Shown here: positions 11,951 to 21,150 of the stretch, piece by piece
How positions within the stretch are numbered: the first letter of the stretch is position 1
Layout: every line of letters begins with the position of its first letter
Origin: an uncultured Verrucomicrobiae bacterium
Lineage (GTDB): Bacteria; Verrucomicrobiota; Verrucomicrobiia; Chthoniobacterales; Terrimicrobiaceae
Length of the DNA: 64,000 bases
Assembly (NCBI GenBank): GCA_963706955.1
Contig: CAVPOC010000008.1
Coordinates: 64,001 to 128,000 of the forward strand
Direction of reading: 5' to 3'
The notes under the pieces: generated by a model
Told to the model about the DNA's origin: nothing
Database searches by the model: none
The model's input: the letters and a program-made list of their open reading frames with translations, nothing else
Made by a program: the position numbers and the translations under genes

Positions 11951-13539
11951 TCAACACTTCTTCCCTTCCTCGATCGGCGGATCGGATGAGGTTACCGTCT
12001 TCGTCGCGGCAGGGGAGTCCTTCGTTACTTTTCCTTTCCCCCCTTTTGAATTCTGGCTGGTGACTACCCACCGCTTGGCACAGTCTTCTTCGCTATCCTT
12101 TTTGACCTTCGCTTCTCCCGACCACCTCCAGGTCACCATTGCGAGGGGAACTCTGTTTGCGTCTGGAGGTTGGTCGGGTTTCCACATCAGCCACATTTTG
12201 AAGCTATCTACTGCCTTGACGCGCTCGACAGATGGCGCCACCGGTTGGTGCGGGCTGTCATTGGTAGAGAATTCCACGGGGCCTGAGGAAGTGACGTGTT
12301 GCTCGTCAACGGGATCTTTCGTATCGATCCAGTCTCCGCCGGTGTTCCGGCGGAGGTTCTTACCGGTGAAGAGATGAAAAGATCGACACATATTAGTCAG
12401 CTGAACGTACTGCAAAGTTCCGGGACATCCCGTGGGAACTTCAACCTTTGAGGTAAAGGTTGCCCCGTTAGCTTTGCCGGGCGTCCCTAATATCAACGCA
12501 CATCTCCCGTTGACTTCTCTAACGCCGACAGTACCCGTGATCGCAGCGGTTAGTGATTTATAGAGCGGGACGCAGGGCGAACTTTTGGGCGGTGGGGTTT
12601 CAGGTTTGTCATCGTCTTTCTTGCGGAGCACGGCACGCGACGGCTGGCGGTCAGCTCCTTCTTGCTGAATCACGTGCGCCAGTTCGTGCGCCAGCAGCCA
12701 ACGTTCCGTGCGCGTGGTTGCCGGGTACTGCCCTGCACCGAAGACAACGTCGTTGCCGACGGTGTAGGCCAGCGCGCGAAGCGAGCGAGCCGAGTCGCGC
12801 GCCGGGGCGCCGGTATGGACGCGGACGTTCGAGAAGTCATGCCCGAACCGCTGCTCCATGTCCTGTCGAAGCGCCGGCTCGAGCGGCCTACCGCCACTGG
12901 TTAGGGTTTGGTCTACGCTGGCGGGCACCACATCCACCTGGCCATTCGATTGTCCTGAGAAGCGCTGGATACCTCGTGGAAGCGCCGCTCAACCACGGAA
13001 TCTGCCGGCGCTGCCATCAGCTTGATCGGCAATCCGATTCGCTTCCCGTTCAAAGATATCGTCGGGAGCGTTGACCGTGAGCTTAGTTTGCAGACCCAAG
13101 CGGCTTTTCTTCCGGCACTCCTCGCATTCGCCCGAATGTCAGCCGCACCTCCACATGCACATTTCCGCTGCAATATCGCGCTTCGGCCAGCGCCAAATCG
13201 CCCCGCGCCGATGGGTAGGCAGCTTCTCACGGGAGCGGACTGAACTGACCCGCCAGAGTCTCTCACCCGTTCCCCCCGATGGTCAAGCCCTTCGGCGACG
13301 AATGGCTGAAAAGATGGTTTGCCGACGGCCTGCTCCGTTTCGGGTCTTCTCGGCTTTGCTCACCCATGAATTCAACAGTCGACCTACTTCGCGATTTCCG
13401 ACGGTTCTTTGAAGGAAAGCAATTTGGTCGGTCGGCAAATTTGTCGGCGGAGAAAGCTCGGGCGTGGTTTCTTGCGACAGAGAATTCTGTGTGACGGGAC
13501 TCGCGTGCCGTCAGTGATGCTTTGAGTACCTGCGCTCAT
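11951..13539 (-). pseudogene. DUF4157 effector 4 with C-terminal domain of unknown function; N-terminal part frameshifted
   Basis: 11951..12937 holds intact DUF4157 (LLAHELAHVIQQ) plus a Cys/Trp-rich beta domain. Upstream frames carry LQRKCACGG and an MSAG start at 13539. Confidence 0.75.
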
Positions 13540-13720
13540 CTTCTCTCACTGGTACCCTTCTGCGCATGGCTCCTGGGTGCCTTAGGAACCGCGCCCACAG
13601 GAAAATCATGATTCAGGATCGCTGAGAAAGGTCAAGACGAAGAGGGCAGAGGTCTTTAGGATTTCACCCCTTGGCCATTCTCATGGAAAGTCCCGAGAGA
13701 TGTAACAGGAATCGGGCTGG

Positions 13721-15052
13721 TTATCCGCGTTTGAGGAAGCTCCGCAACGCAGCGGCCGCCAAGTCTATTACGTAGGAGATTTGCGTCTCTCGGTTCCAGT
13801 TTTTTGGAACCCGAATCCCACCGAATTTACGGATCTGCCTGAGGTAAGCCTTCTTCTCAGCAGCGGAGAGCGTGGCCGCAAAATCATAGCCCGTTCTCAA
13901 CCCTCGATTGTAGGCGTTGACCCGGATGACGTCCGTCGCTTCATCCATAGCGTTAATTCGGAGCACGGACCACCTTCCGAAGAGCTCGCGGGCTTGCCCC
14001 CATGTCCAGTTGAGGAGGCCCATAACAAAACCCTGAGACAACCCCGAAACCGTGTTCTCGTTCTTAACCGCCTCGCGAGCTGCATAATAGCCCGAGCCGA
14101 GAGCCACGAAAACGCCCACCATGGTAAGTACAGGCAGCGCTCCTGCGACGACTGCACCTGCACCTCCACCTAGCACCGATGCGCCCTCGACGGCACCTGC
14201 GCCGGCGGCGCCACCGCCGGCGGCGCCACCGCCGCCTCCGCCCGGCGTCGGTCCCCGGGGCCTAGCCGTATCGATTTCGCCGCTCGTTTGGTTTGATGGA
14301 ATGTATTTCCCCACCTCTCTCGACATGGCCGCGCGCCGAGCTTGGCGGACCGGCTCGGGGATGGTCCCCGCACGTGGCCACTCGCGCGTCGGCATCGTCT
14401 TCGAAGTCGCTCTGAGCGGCGAACCACGTTGGCCGCAGCCGTCGGACTGCTGCACGACATGGGTTAACTCATGGGCCAGCAATCGTCGCCCCTCGCGAGT
14501 CCGCGGGTCGAACTCCCCCGCACCAAACACCAGCGATGTTACCAACGGTGTAGGCACGGGCATTTACATCCCGCGCCGATTGTTCGGCCGCTGGGCCGAG
14601 ATGTACGCGAACCCGCGAAAAGTCGTAGCCCAAAGCGCTGTTCCATTTCCCGCTGTATCGTCGGGTCGAGTGGTTTGCCGGCGCTGGCGAGGGCCGCTCC
14701 ACACTGGCAGGTGCGCTGGCTGTTTCAGCGACAGGTTGCGCGACAACGCGGTGGATGCCCGGTGCGCCACTCACGAGCGCGGGAGTCTGCGTAGCCTGAA
14801 CTTGGTCGGAAATTCGGTCTGCTTCTCGTTCGTAGACATCCCCGGGCTTGTTAACCTTAAGTTTGGCTTGAATGATCCTCGACCTGAGCAGCTGTCCCAT
14901 CCCGCGATTCCCGATCGTTCGTTTGTAGGAAAGCAATTTGATCGACGGGTGAACGCGCGGGCGCCGGAAAATTGTTTCTGTTTACATGAAGAGGGGAATT
15001 CCCCTTCCTTGACTCATGATGTTTTGGCCCATGCTCTAGCGCCTGCGCTCAT
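13721..15052 (-). pseudogene. DUF4157 effector 5 with Gly-rich linker and hydrophobic C-terminal domain; frameshifted
   Basis: 14469..14936 (QAKLKVNKPGDVYEREADR, YDFSRVRVH, ARAYTVG) and 13721..14563 ([23 protein letters not shown], hydrophobic [19 protein letters not shown]); MSAG start at 15052. Confidence 0.75.
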
Positions 15053-15386
15053 CTTTTCCTCGGTTCTGCGGCGGGCTCCCGAGAACCGCTTTAGATAGCC
15101 CCTCTCCCCGTAAATATGCTGACGATCGTCCGGTAGATCAAGCGGTAACGTAGAGAGGCTCGTCCATCCCGGTTTTTCACAAACGATTGCCGCAAAGCAG
15201 CACGACGGCATCTTAAGAAATGGCTTCGAACGGAAGCCTTTTAGGGACTTCAACTTGCGCAGGAGCCTTTAGAAAGTCCAATCGCTGCTGACTGTACGCC
15301 GCTTGGCGACTCTCCCGCGCCTTCTAACCAACAGAGCACGTTCAGAGCTTGACTCCTTCAAACTTTCTTCCAGCATCGTGAGCGGA

Positions 15387-17750
15387 ATGAAAGCGTCTCG
15401 GCGTTCGCGTGCGCGTGACGCTCGAAAATTGAGTTCTAACGCAGCGACTGAAAGCGCGCAAGGGAGAGGGACGGAGCTGGTGGGGGCTATTGCAGCCGAG
15501 GGCACGGACGCAGCAACAGGGGAGCCACCAGAGCGGTACCAGACAGGTTGGGAGCATCTCTTCGATGAGCTTCGACGCTTGGATTTGCTGATTTCTTGTC
15601 GGCTGCCTAAGCAAGGGGCGGACCCAGGAACAGCGATACCTCTCCAGGAATTCAAGGGTCTGGTGCTGACGGAGGAGGAGATTCGGAGATTGCTAGGCGA
15701 TCCGCTCAACAACTCGCCATCAGAAGCGCATCAAGACACCGATGATTTACCGACGCGGCATCTTCAAGTGGCCCTCGGCCACGTATCCTCCCACATTCAG
15801 GCGCGACGGATCGCGAGCTTGCACGACGGAATCTATTTGCCGTTGCCTTATCTCGCGCAACTCTTCCAGCTGACCGCCTTTGAAGAACAATGTCTCCTCA
15901 TTTGCCTGGCTCCCGAATTGGACCGCAAATACGAGAAACTCTACGCCTACTTGCAGGATGACGTCACGCGCAAGAAACCGAGTGTGGACCTCATCCTGAA
16001 GTTGCTCTGTCAAACGCTGCCCGAGAAGCTCGCAGCTCGCCTGGCCTTCGATCCTAGTTCTCCTCTGATCAGATACCGCCTTTTGCAGATGACCGATGTC
16101 TCATCGGACGGACCATCGCCGTTGATTTCACGCTTCCTGAAACTCGACGACCGGATCGCAAATTTCCTTATTGGCTTCGGGCAAATCCACGCTCGGCTTG
16201 AAATATTTGCCCGGCTTGTCTCCGGGCAGGCGAAGCTCGATGAAGTGCCCGTGAACGAGCAGATCCAGAGCCGTATCCGGAGCGCCATTGACTGGCACTA
16301 CAAGCAGGAACCTTCCCGCCGTGAACCGATCGTCTTCCATTTCAGCGGACCGTATGGTTCCGGGAAGCGTTTGCTCGCGCAGGCCATTTGCGATGAAGTC
16401 AAGTTGCCTGTCTTGCTCGTCGAGTCGGATAGAATGGCGGCCGGGCAGATTCCCTTGGAGGAGGCACTATGGTTACTGGGCCGAGAGGCGGCGCTACAAT
16501 CGGCTGCACTCTGCTTCCAGGATTTTGATTCGCTGCTCGTGGACGATAAACAAGCGCTCCTGGTCAAGTCGCTTCTCGAGGTAACCAAGACCTTTTCTCT
16601 TACTCTCTTTCTTCTCGGCCGTCGAACTTGGAAGCCTCTTGGGCTCCTCAATGATCTCGCCTTCGTCGTCTGCGAGATCCCAATTCCCGACGATGGGATT
16701 AGAAAGAGCCTCTGGAAAGGCCACCTGAACGGACGATCACCGCTCGCGTCTGACGCAGACGCGGGAGCACTTGCCAGCAAATTCCGATTGACGCCGGGCC
16801 AGATCCAGGACGCCTTGGCGGCAGCTGGAAATCTCGCCCGGTGGCGCTCGCCGGAGATTGGCACCCTCACTGCCGAAGATCTTCATGCTGCATGCCGCGC
16901 CCAGTCGGACCCAAAGCTAAACACCCTCGCGCGAAAAGTCCGGCCCGTCCATGGTTGGAAGGACATTGTGCTGCCCGCTGACGCGCTGGCGCAGCTCACC
17001 GAAATGTGCCAGCGAGTCGCGCAAAGTTACCGCGTGCTGGGCGAGTGGGGCTTTGCGTCCAAGCTGTCGACGGGCAGAGGCGTGAACGCCCTGTTTGCAG
17101 GCCCGAGCGGCACAGGCAAGACGATGGCGGCTGGAATTCTCGCCCAGGAGCTCGGACTCGAGCTCTACAAGATCGATCTCTCGCAAGTTGTCAGCAAATA
17201 CATCGGGGAAACCGAAAAGAATCTCGATTCCATTTTCACCGGGGCCGAAAACAGCAATATTATCCTGTTTTTCGACGAGGCCGATGCGCTCTTTGGTAAA
17301 CGCTCCGAAGTTCGTGATTCTCACGATCGCTATGCCAACATCGAGATTTCCTATCTCCTCCAAAAAATGGAGGAGTATGAGGGAGTGGCCATTCTGGCGA
17401 CCAATTTGCGCCAAAATCTCGATGAGGCCTTTGTCCGGCGTTTAGCCTTTTCGATCAATTTCCCATTCCCTGACGAGGGGGACCGGCGCCTTATCTGGTC
17501 CGGCATCTGGCCCGATGGAATGTCTTTCGCCAACAACGTAGATTTCGATCTCCTGGCGCGGCAATTTAAGCTTAGCGGCGGGAATATTAAGAATGTCGCC
17601 CTCGCGGCTGCTTTCCTCGCCGCCGCCGACGGTGGCATCGTCAACATTTCCCACCTGCTTCACGCAGTCCGACGGGAGTTTCAGAAGCTTGGCAAAGTTG
17701 TGACGGAATTCGACCTCCGAGACGCTTCCAGCGAACCGCTAACAAAATAA
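15387..17750 (+). CDS. eCIS AAA+ ATPase (Afp15/Pvc15-like)
   Basis: N-terminal LLICLAPELDRKYEKLYAYLQDD; Walker A GPYGSGK and GPSGTGKT; Walker B LFFDEAD; SKYIGETEKNL; DRYANIEISYLLQKME. Start uncertain (TTG15303 or ATG15387). Confidence 0.9.
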   Translation: MKASRRSRARDARKLSSNAATESAQGRGTELVGAIAAEGTDAATGEPPERYQTGWEHLFDELRRLDLLISCRLPKQGADPGTAIPLQEFKGLVLTEEEIRRLLGDPLNNSPSEAHQDTDDLPTRHLQVALGHVSSHIQARRIASLHDGIYLPLPYLAQLFQLTAFEEQCLLICLAPELDRKYEKLYAYLQDDVTRKKPSVDLILKLLCQTLPEKLAARLAFDPSSPLIRYRLLQMTDVSSDGPSPLISRFLKLDDRIANFLIGFGQIHARLEIFARLVSGQAKLDEVPVNEQIQSRIRSAIDWHYKQEPSRREPIVFHFSGPYGSGKRLLAQAICDEVKLPVLLVESDRMAAGQIPLEEALWLLGREAALQSAALCFQDFDSLLVDDKQALLVKSLLEVTKTFSLTLFLLGRRTWKPLGLLNDLAFVVCEIPIPDDGIRKSLWKGHLNGRSPLASDADAGALASKFRLTPGQIQDALAAAGNLARWRSPEIGTLTAEDLHAACRAQSDPKLNTLARKVRPVHGWKDIVLPADALAQLTEMCQRVAQSYRVLGEWGFASKLSTGRGVNALFAGPSGTGKTMAAGILAQELGLELYKIDLSQVVSKYIGETEKNLDSIFTGAENSNIILFFDEADALFGKRSEVRDSHDRYANIEISYLLQKMEEYEGVAILATNLRQNLDEAFVRRLAFSINFPFPDEGDRRLIWSGIWPDGMSFANNVDFDLLARQFKLSGGNIKNVALAAAFLAAADGGIVNISHLLHAVRREFQKLGKVVTEFDLRDASSEPLTK

Positions 17751-17860
17751 GCCTATTGCGACTGTGTCCCCTAAGGAAAAAGATTCCCGCGCTGATCGCG
17801 CAATTATAGAGTGGCGACTTTAACTCTCCAGAACTTCGACGAGTTGAGACGACAACGAGC

Positions 17861-18715
17861 ATGATTGACGATCTGAGCCAGACCCTGCGAACCATCTTGA
17901 CCCGAAGCGGCAACGATCCGCTCAAGTCAGCGCAGATTGTCTTTGACCGGCCCGCGGACCCATTCACACCGCAGCAGACGACGGTGGATTTGTTTCTCTA
18001 CGACATTCGGGAGGATGTGGAGCTTCGGAGAAACGAGCCTGTGTTCGAGCGCATCAATGGACAGGTTATCACGCATGTGCCCGCATTGCGTGTCGCGTGC
18101 TCTTATCTAGTAACCGCGTGGCCCGGCGGGGAGACTGGCGATGCAGCGGCTTTGCTCGAGCAACGATTGCTGAGCCAGACGCTGCAGGTCTTTGCTGCTC
18201 AGCCGACCATCGACCCTAAGTTCTTGCAAGGTAGTCTCAAAGGGCAGGAGCCCCCATTGCCATTAGTGACCGCGCTGGTGGATCCGCAGAAGAACTTGTC
18301 GGAATTCTGGACCGCACTGGGCAACAAGTTGCGGCCGTCGCTCACCGTAAAGGCCACTATCTCTATCACGGATCTGATTCCGCCAAAAACCGAGCCGATG
18401 GTGCTCATCGAGCATCTGCGATCGGGAATTCGATCCTCCCCCGGCGAGGAGAGCATCATCCCCGCAACGCTTGAAAAGAACTTTCGCATTGGCGGGCGGG
18501 TTAGCGATGCGTCCAGTCGGCCGGTTGGAGCGGCGATTGTTACCGTTGTCGAGCTCGGCCTGACCAGCCGCACCGACGCCGATGGGCGCTTTGTCTTGGG
18601 AACGATGAAAGCGGGTGACTTTACCGTGAGAGTAAAAACCGATACTGCCACGAGCGTCTTTCCAATTAGAGTTCCCGCTCCCACGGGAGAGGACTACAAC
18701 ATTCAACTAACGTAA
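17861..18715 (+). CDS. Pvc16/DUF4255 tail terminator-like protein with C-terminal carboxypeptidase-regulatory-like domain
   Basis: MIDDLSQTLRTIL, VDLFLYDIRED, SYLVTAW, EFWTALGNKLRPSL; C-terminal IGGRVSD...TDADGRFVL. Confidence 0.85.
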   Translation: MIDDLSQTLRTILTRSGNDPLKSAQIVFDRPADPFTPQQTTVDLFLYDIREDVELRRNEPVFERINGQVITHVPALRVACSYLVTAWPGGETGDAAALLEQRLLSQTLQVFAAQPTIDPKFLQGSLKGQEPPLPLVTALVDPQKNLSEFWTALGNKLRPSLTVKATISITDLIPPKTEPMVLIEHLRSGIRSSPGEESIIPATLEKNFRIGGRVSDASSRPVGAAIVTVVELGLTSRTDADGRFVLGTMKAGDFTVRVKTDTATSVFPIRVPAPTGEDYNIQLT

Positions 18716-18760
18716 CTAAAGACTAACAACCCCGGAAACGGGCAACCTAAAAGAACTATC

Positions 18761-20152
18761 ATGCCACAGTACTCATCACCAGGTGTCTATGTCGAAGAGG
18801 CGCCGCCATTAGCCCGTCCGATCGCAGGTGTCGGGACCAGCACCGTAGGTTTCATTGGCCTCGTCCCGGCTCAGTTCGACATCCCGCTGAAAAGAGTCAC
18901 CGGAGAACAGGTCAAGGGCGCCGATAGCACGAAAACAGAGCTTCCGCTGCTGAGCTATCCCGTGCTAACCACCGCAAAGACTTTTAAGGTCCGCGTGGAC
19001 GATGAAGAGCTCGCCGCGCAATTGCTGAATGATGATGCCAGCAAGACTGCCAAGGTAAAATTCGCGAACGCTCCAGCGAAGGAAGCCACCATCAAGGCGG
19101 AGTATCTGACCGTTGCGCGCTTTAAGGCAGTCGAAGCGGGCAAGGCGATCCTCTGCACTAACTTTGGTGAGTTCGCCAAATCCTTTGGGGAGTTTTCCAC
19201 GGACAAAAACCAGCAGATGCTGGCACATTCGGTGCACGGGTTCTTCAACAACGGCGGGACCCGTTGCTACGTCATGCGCTTCGCTGCAGAAGCAGATATC
19301 CAGCGCGACGCTCTCGACGAGTTCGCCGCCATCGATGAGATTTCGCTTGTTGCCGCTCCCGGGATTGTCTCGGAAGGGGTTCAGGAAATGCTTATTGATT
19401 TCTGCGAATCGCTTAAAGATCGCTTCGCCATTTTGGATGGCACCCAGCAGGCAAACAACCCCGAGTTCACTAAGACAAAGATTCAAGGCCAAACTAAGGA
19501 TAGCTCCTATGCGGCGATTTATTTCCCTTGGCTTAGAGTGGACGACTTCACCGGAAGGCTCGTCTCGCCAGACGATCCGCAGAGAGAGCCTCTCTTTGTC
19601 GCCCCCAGTGGTCACATCGCTGGAGTCTACGCGCAGGTGGATGGGGCGCGAGGAGTGCACAAGGCGCCCGCCAATGTCGCCATTCGTGGCGCACTCGATG
19701 TTCAGCATGCCTTAACGAAGGCTCATCAAGAGGGCCTCAATCCGCCAGGTGTCAATTGCATCCGTAATTTGAATGGAAATATCTATGTTTGGGGAGCCCG
19801 AACCATGGGTGGAGACGCCAATGGTGAGTTCAAGTACATAAGCACGAGACGCCTCATGAATTTCTTGCGAGAGTCCATCGAAGAGGGGACGCAATTTGTG
19901 GTTTTCGAACCCAACAATCCCGGGCTTTGGCAGCGAATCAAGCGCTCGGTAGGGGATTTTCTATTAGGCCAATGGAGAACAGGCGCACTTCTCGGTGACA
20001 CACCCGACAAAGCGTTCTTTGTCAAATGCGATGCCGAGACGAACCCTCCGGACGTGCGGGAAGCCGGCCAAGTGGTGACCGAGATTGGGGTGGCCATCGT
20101 CAAACCGGCCGAGTTTGTCATCTTCCGCATCCAGCAACAAACCGGTGGTTGA
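18761..20152 (+). CDS. contractile tail sheath protein
   Basis: YSSPGVYVEE, GFFNNGG, YAAIYFPW, PSGHIAG, GVHKAPAN, VWGART, FEPN, VKPAEFVIFRI. Confidence 0.95.
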   Translation: MPQYSSPGVYVEEAPPLARPIAGVGTSTVGFIGLVPAQFDIPLKRVTGEQVKGADSTKTELPLLSYPVLTTAKTFKVRVDDEELAAQLLNDDASKTAKVKFANAPAKEATIKAEYLTVARFKAVEAGKAILCTNFGEFAKSFGEFSTDKNQQMLAHSVHGFFNNGGTRCYVMRFAAEADIQRDALDEFAAIDEISLVAAPGIVSEGVQEMLIDFCESLKDRFAILDGTQQANNPEFTKTKIQGQTKDSSYAAIYFPWLRVDDFTGRLVSPDDPQREPLFVAPSGHIAGVYAQVDGARGVHKAPANVAIRGALDVQHALTKAHQEGLNPPGVNCIRNLNGNIYVWGARTMGGDANGEFKYISTRRLMNFLRESIEEGTQFVVFEPNNPGLWQRIKRSVGDFLLGQWRTGALLGDTPDKAFFVKCDAETNPPDVREAGQVVTEIGVAIVKPAEFVIFRIQQQTGG

Positions 20153-20190
20153 TAACTTAGCAATTAACGAAACGAAAAAGAAAACATCCT

Positions 20191-20619
20191 ATGGCAAGAG
20201 TTGATCCTTATAAAAACTTTAGATTTCTCGTGGAACTCGACGGCATTGTGCAAGCCGGCTTCACCGATTGCTCGGGCTTCGGCTCGGAGGTGGAGGTTGT
20301 GGAATATCGCGAGGGTGGCGATCCGAACCAGGTGCGCAAGTTGCCCGCCAAGACAACTTATCCGAACATTACACTCAAGTGGGGGGTAACCGACTCGCAC
20401 GAACTCTACGATTGGCACCTGGCGGCCCTGCAAGGCCAACTGCAGCGCAAGAACGGTTCGATCGTCCTGCAAGATGACATTGGACAGGAGAAGCTCCGCT
20501 GGAACTTTTTCAACGCGTGGCCCAGCAAGTGGGAGGGATCGGCTCTCAGCGCCAAAGGCAACGATGCGGCCATTGAGACACTCACCGTGAGTTGCGAAAG
20601 ACTCGAACGAGCAAAGTAA
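20191..20619 (+). CDS. tail tube protein (T4 gp19-like)
   Basis: DPYKNFRFLVE, EYREGG, NITLKWGVT, RKNGSIVLQD, WNFFNAWPSKW, AIETLTVSCE. Confidence 0.95.
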   Translation: MARVDPYKNFRFLVELDGIVQAGFTDCSGFGSEVEVVEYREGGDPNQVRKLPAKTTYPNITLKWGVTDSHELYDWHLAALQGQLQRKNGSIVLQDDIGQEKLRWNFFNAWPSKWEGSALSAKGNDAAIETLTVSCERLERAK

Positions 20620-20632
20620 GAGAACGGCAACG

Positions 20633-20998
20633 ATGTTCGAAACCGAATATGAGTTTACCCTTCCGCGAGGCTATCAGGACCCTCAAGGCGATCTTCATCG
20701 CGACGGGGTGATGCGACTTGCGACCGCGGCCGATGAGATTCTGCCGCTCAAGGATCCGCGCGTGCAGGCGAACCCTGCCTATTTGGTGGTGATTCTCCTC
20801 TCTCGCGTAATTACGCGACTGGGTTCACTTGATGCCATCAACCCAAAAGTGATTGAGGGGCTGTTCGCATCGGACTTAGCCTACATCCAGGACTTCTACA
20901 ATCGGATCAACGGCAATGGCAGTTCGGTGATAAAGGTTGTCTGTCCCCATTGTGAGAAAGGGTTTGAGGTGGAGCCAGAGCGCCTGGGAAAATCATAG
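20633..20998 (+). CDS. tail assembly chaperone-like protein
   Basis: FETEYEFTLPRGY..G.LHRDGVMRLATAADEI, LFASDLAYIQDFYNRIN, CPHC; conserved gene type after the tube gene in eCIS loci. Confidence 0.8.
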   Translation: MFETEYEFTLPRGYQDPQGDLHRDGVMRLATAADEILPLKDPRVQANPAYLVVILLSRVITRLGSLDAINPKVIEGLFASDLAYIQDFYNRINGNGSSVIKVVCPHCEKGFEVEPERLGKS

Positions 20999-21147
20999 GC
21001 TACCCCCTCGGGCAGCTTTACGAGGAGGTAGCCTATCTCGCTTCTCACTTTCACTGGCAGCACGAGCAGTTGGTATCGCTGGATCATAGGGAACGTCGCC
21101 GGTGGGTGGAGGAGGTCAACAAAATGCAGCGTTCGACAAGCAGATGA
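20986..21147 (+). CDS. DUF6760-like ORF, probably reached by -1 frameshift (gpGT-like extension)
   Basis: -1 frame from G GGA AAA (20986-20992): GKIIGYPLGQLYEEVAYLASHFHWQHEQLVSLDHRERRRWVEEVNKMQRSTSR*; no ATG/GTG/TTG start ahead of the conserved LYEEVAY..HFHW core. Confidence 0.7.
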   Translation, partial: GKIIGYPLGQLYEEVAYLASHFHWQHEQLVSLDHRERRRWVEEVNKMQRSTSR

Positions 21148-21150
21148 CGC

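Noticed and set aside
14121..15098. Long plus-strand ORFs opposite real genes (also 30489..31490 minus, 59682..60965 plus)
   Set aside because: Antisense shadows of genes with recognisable motifs on the other strand.
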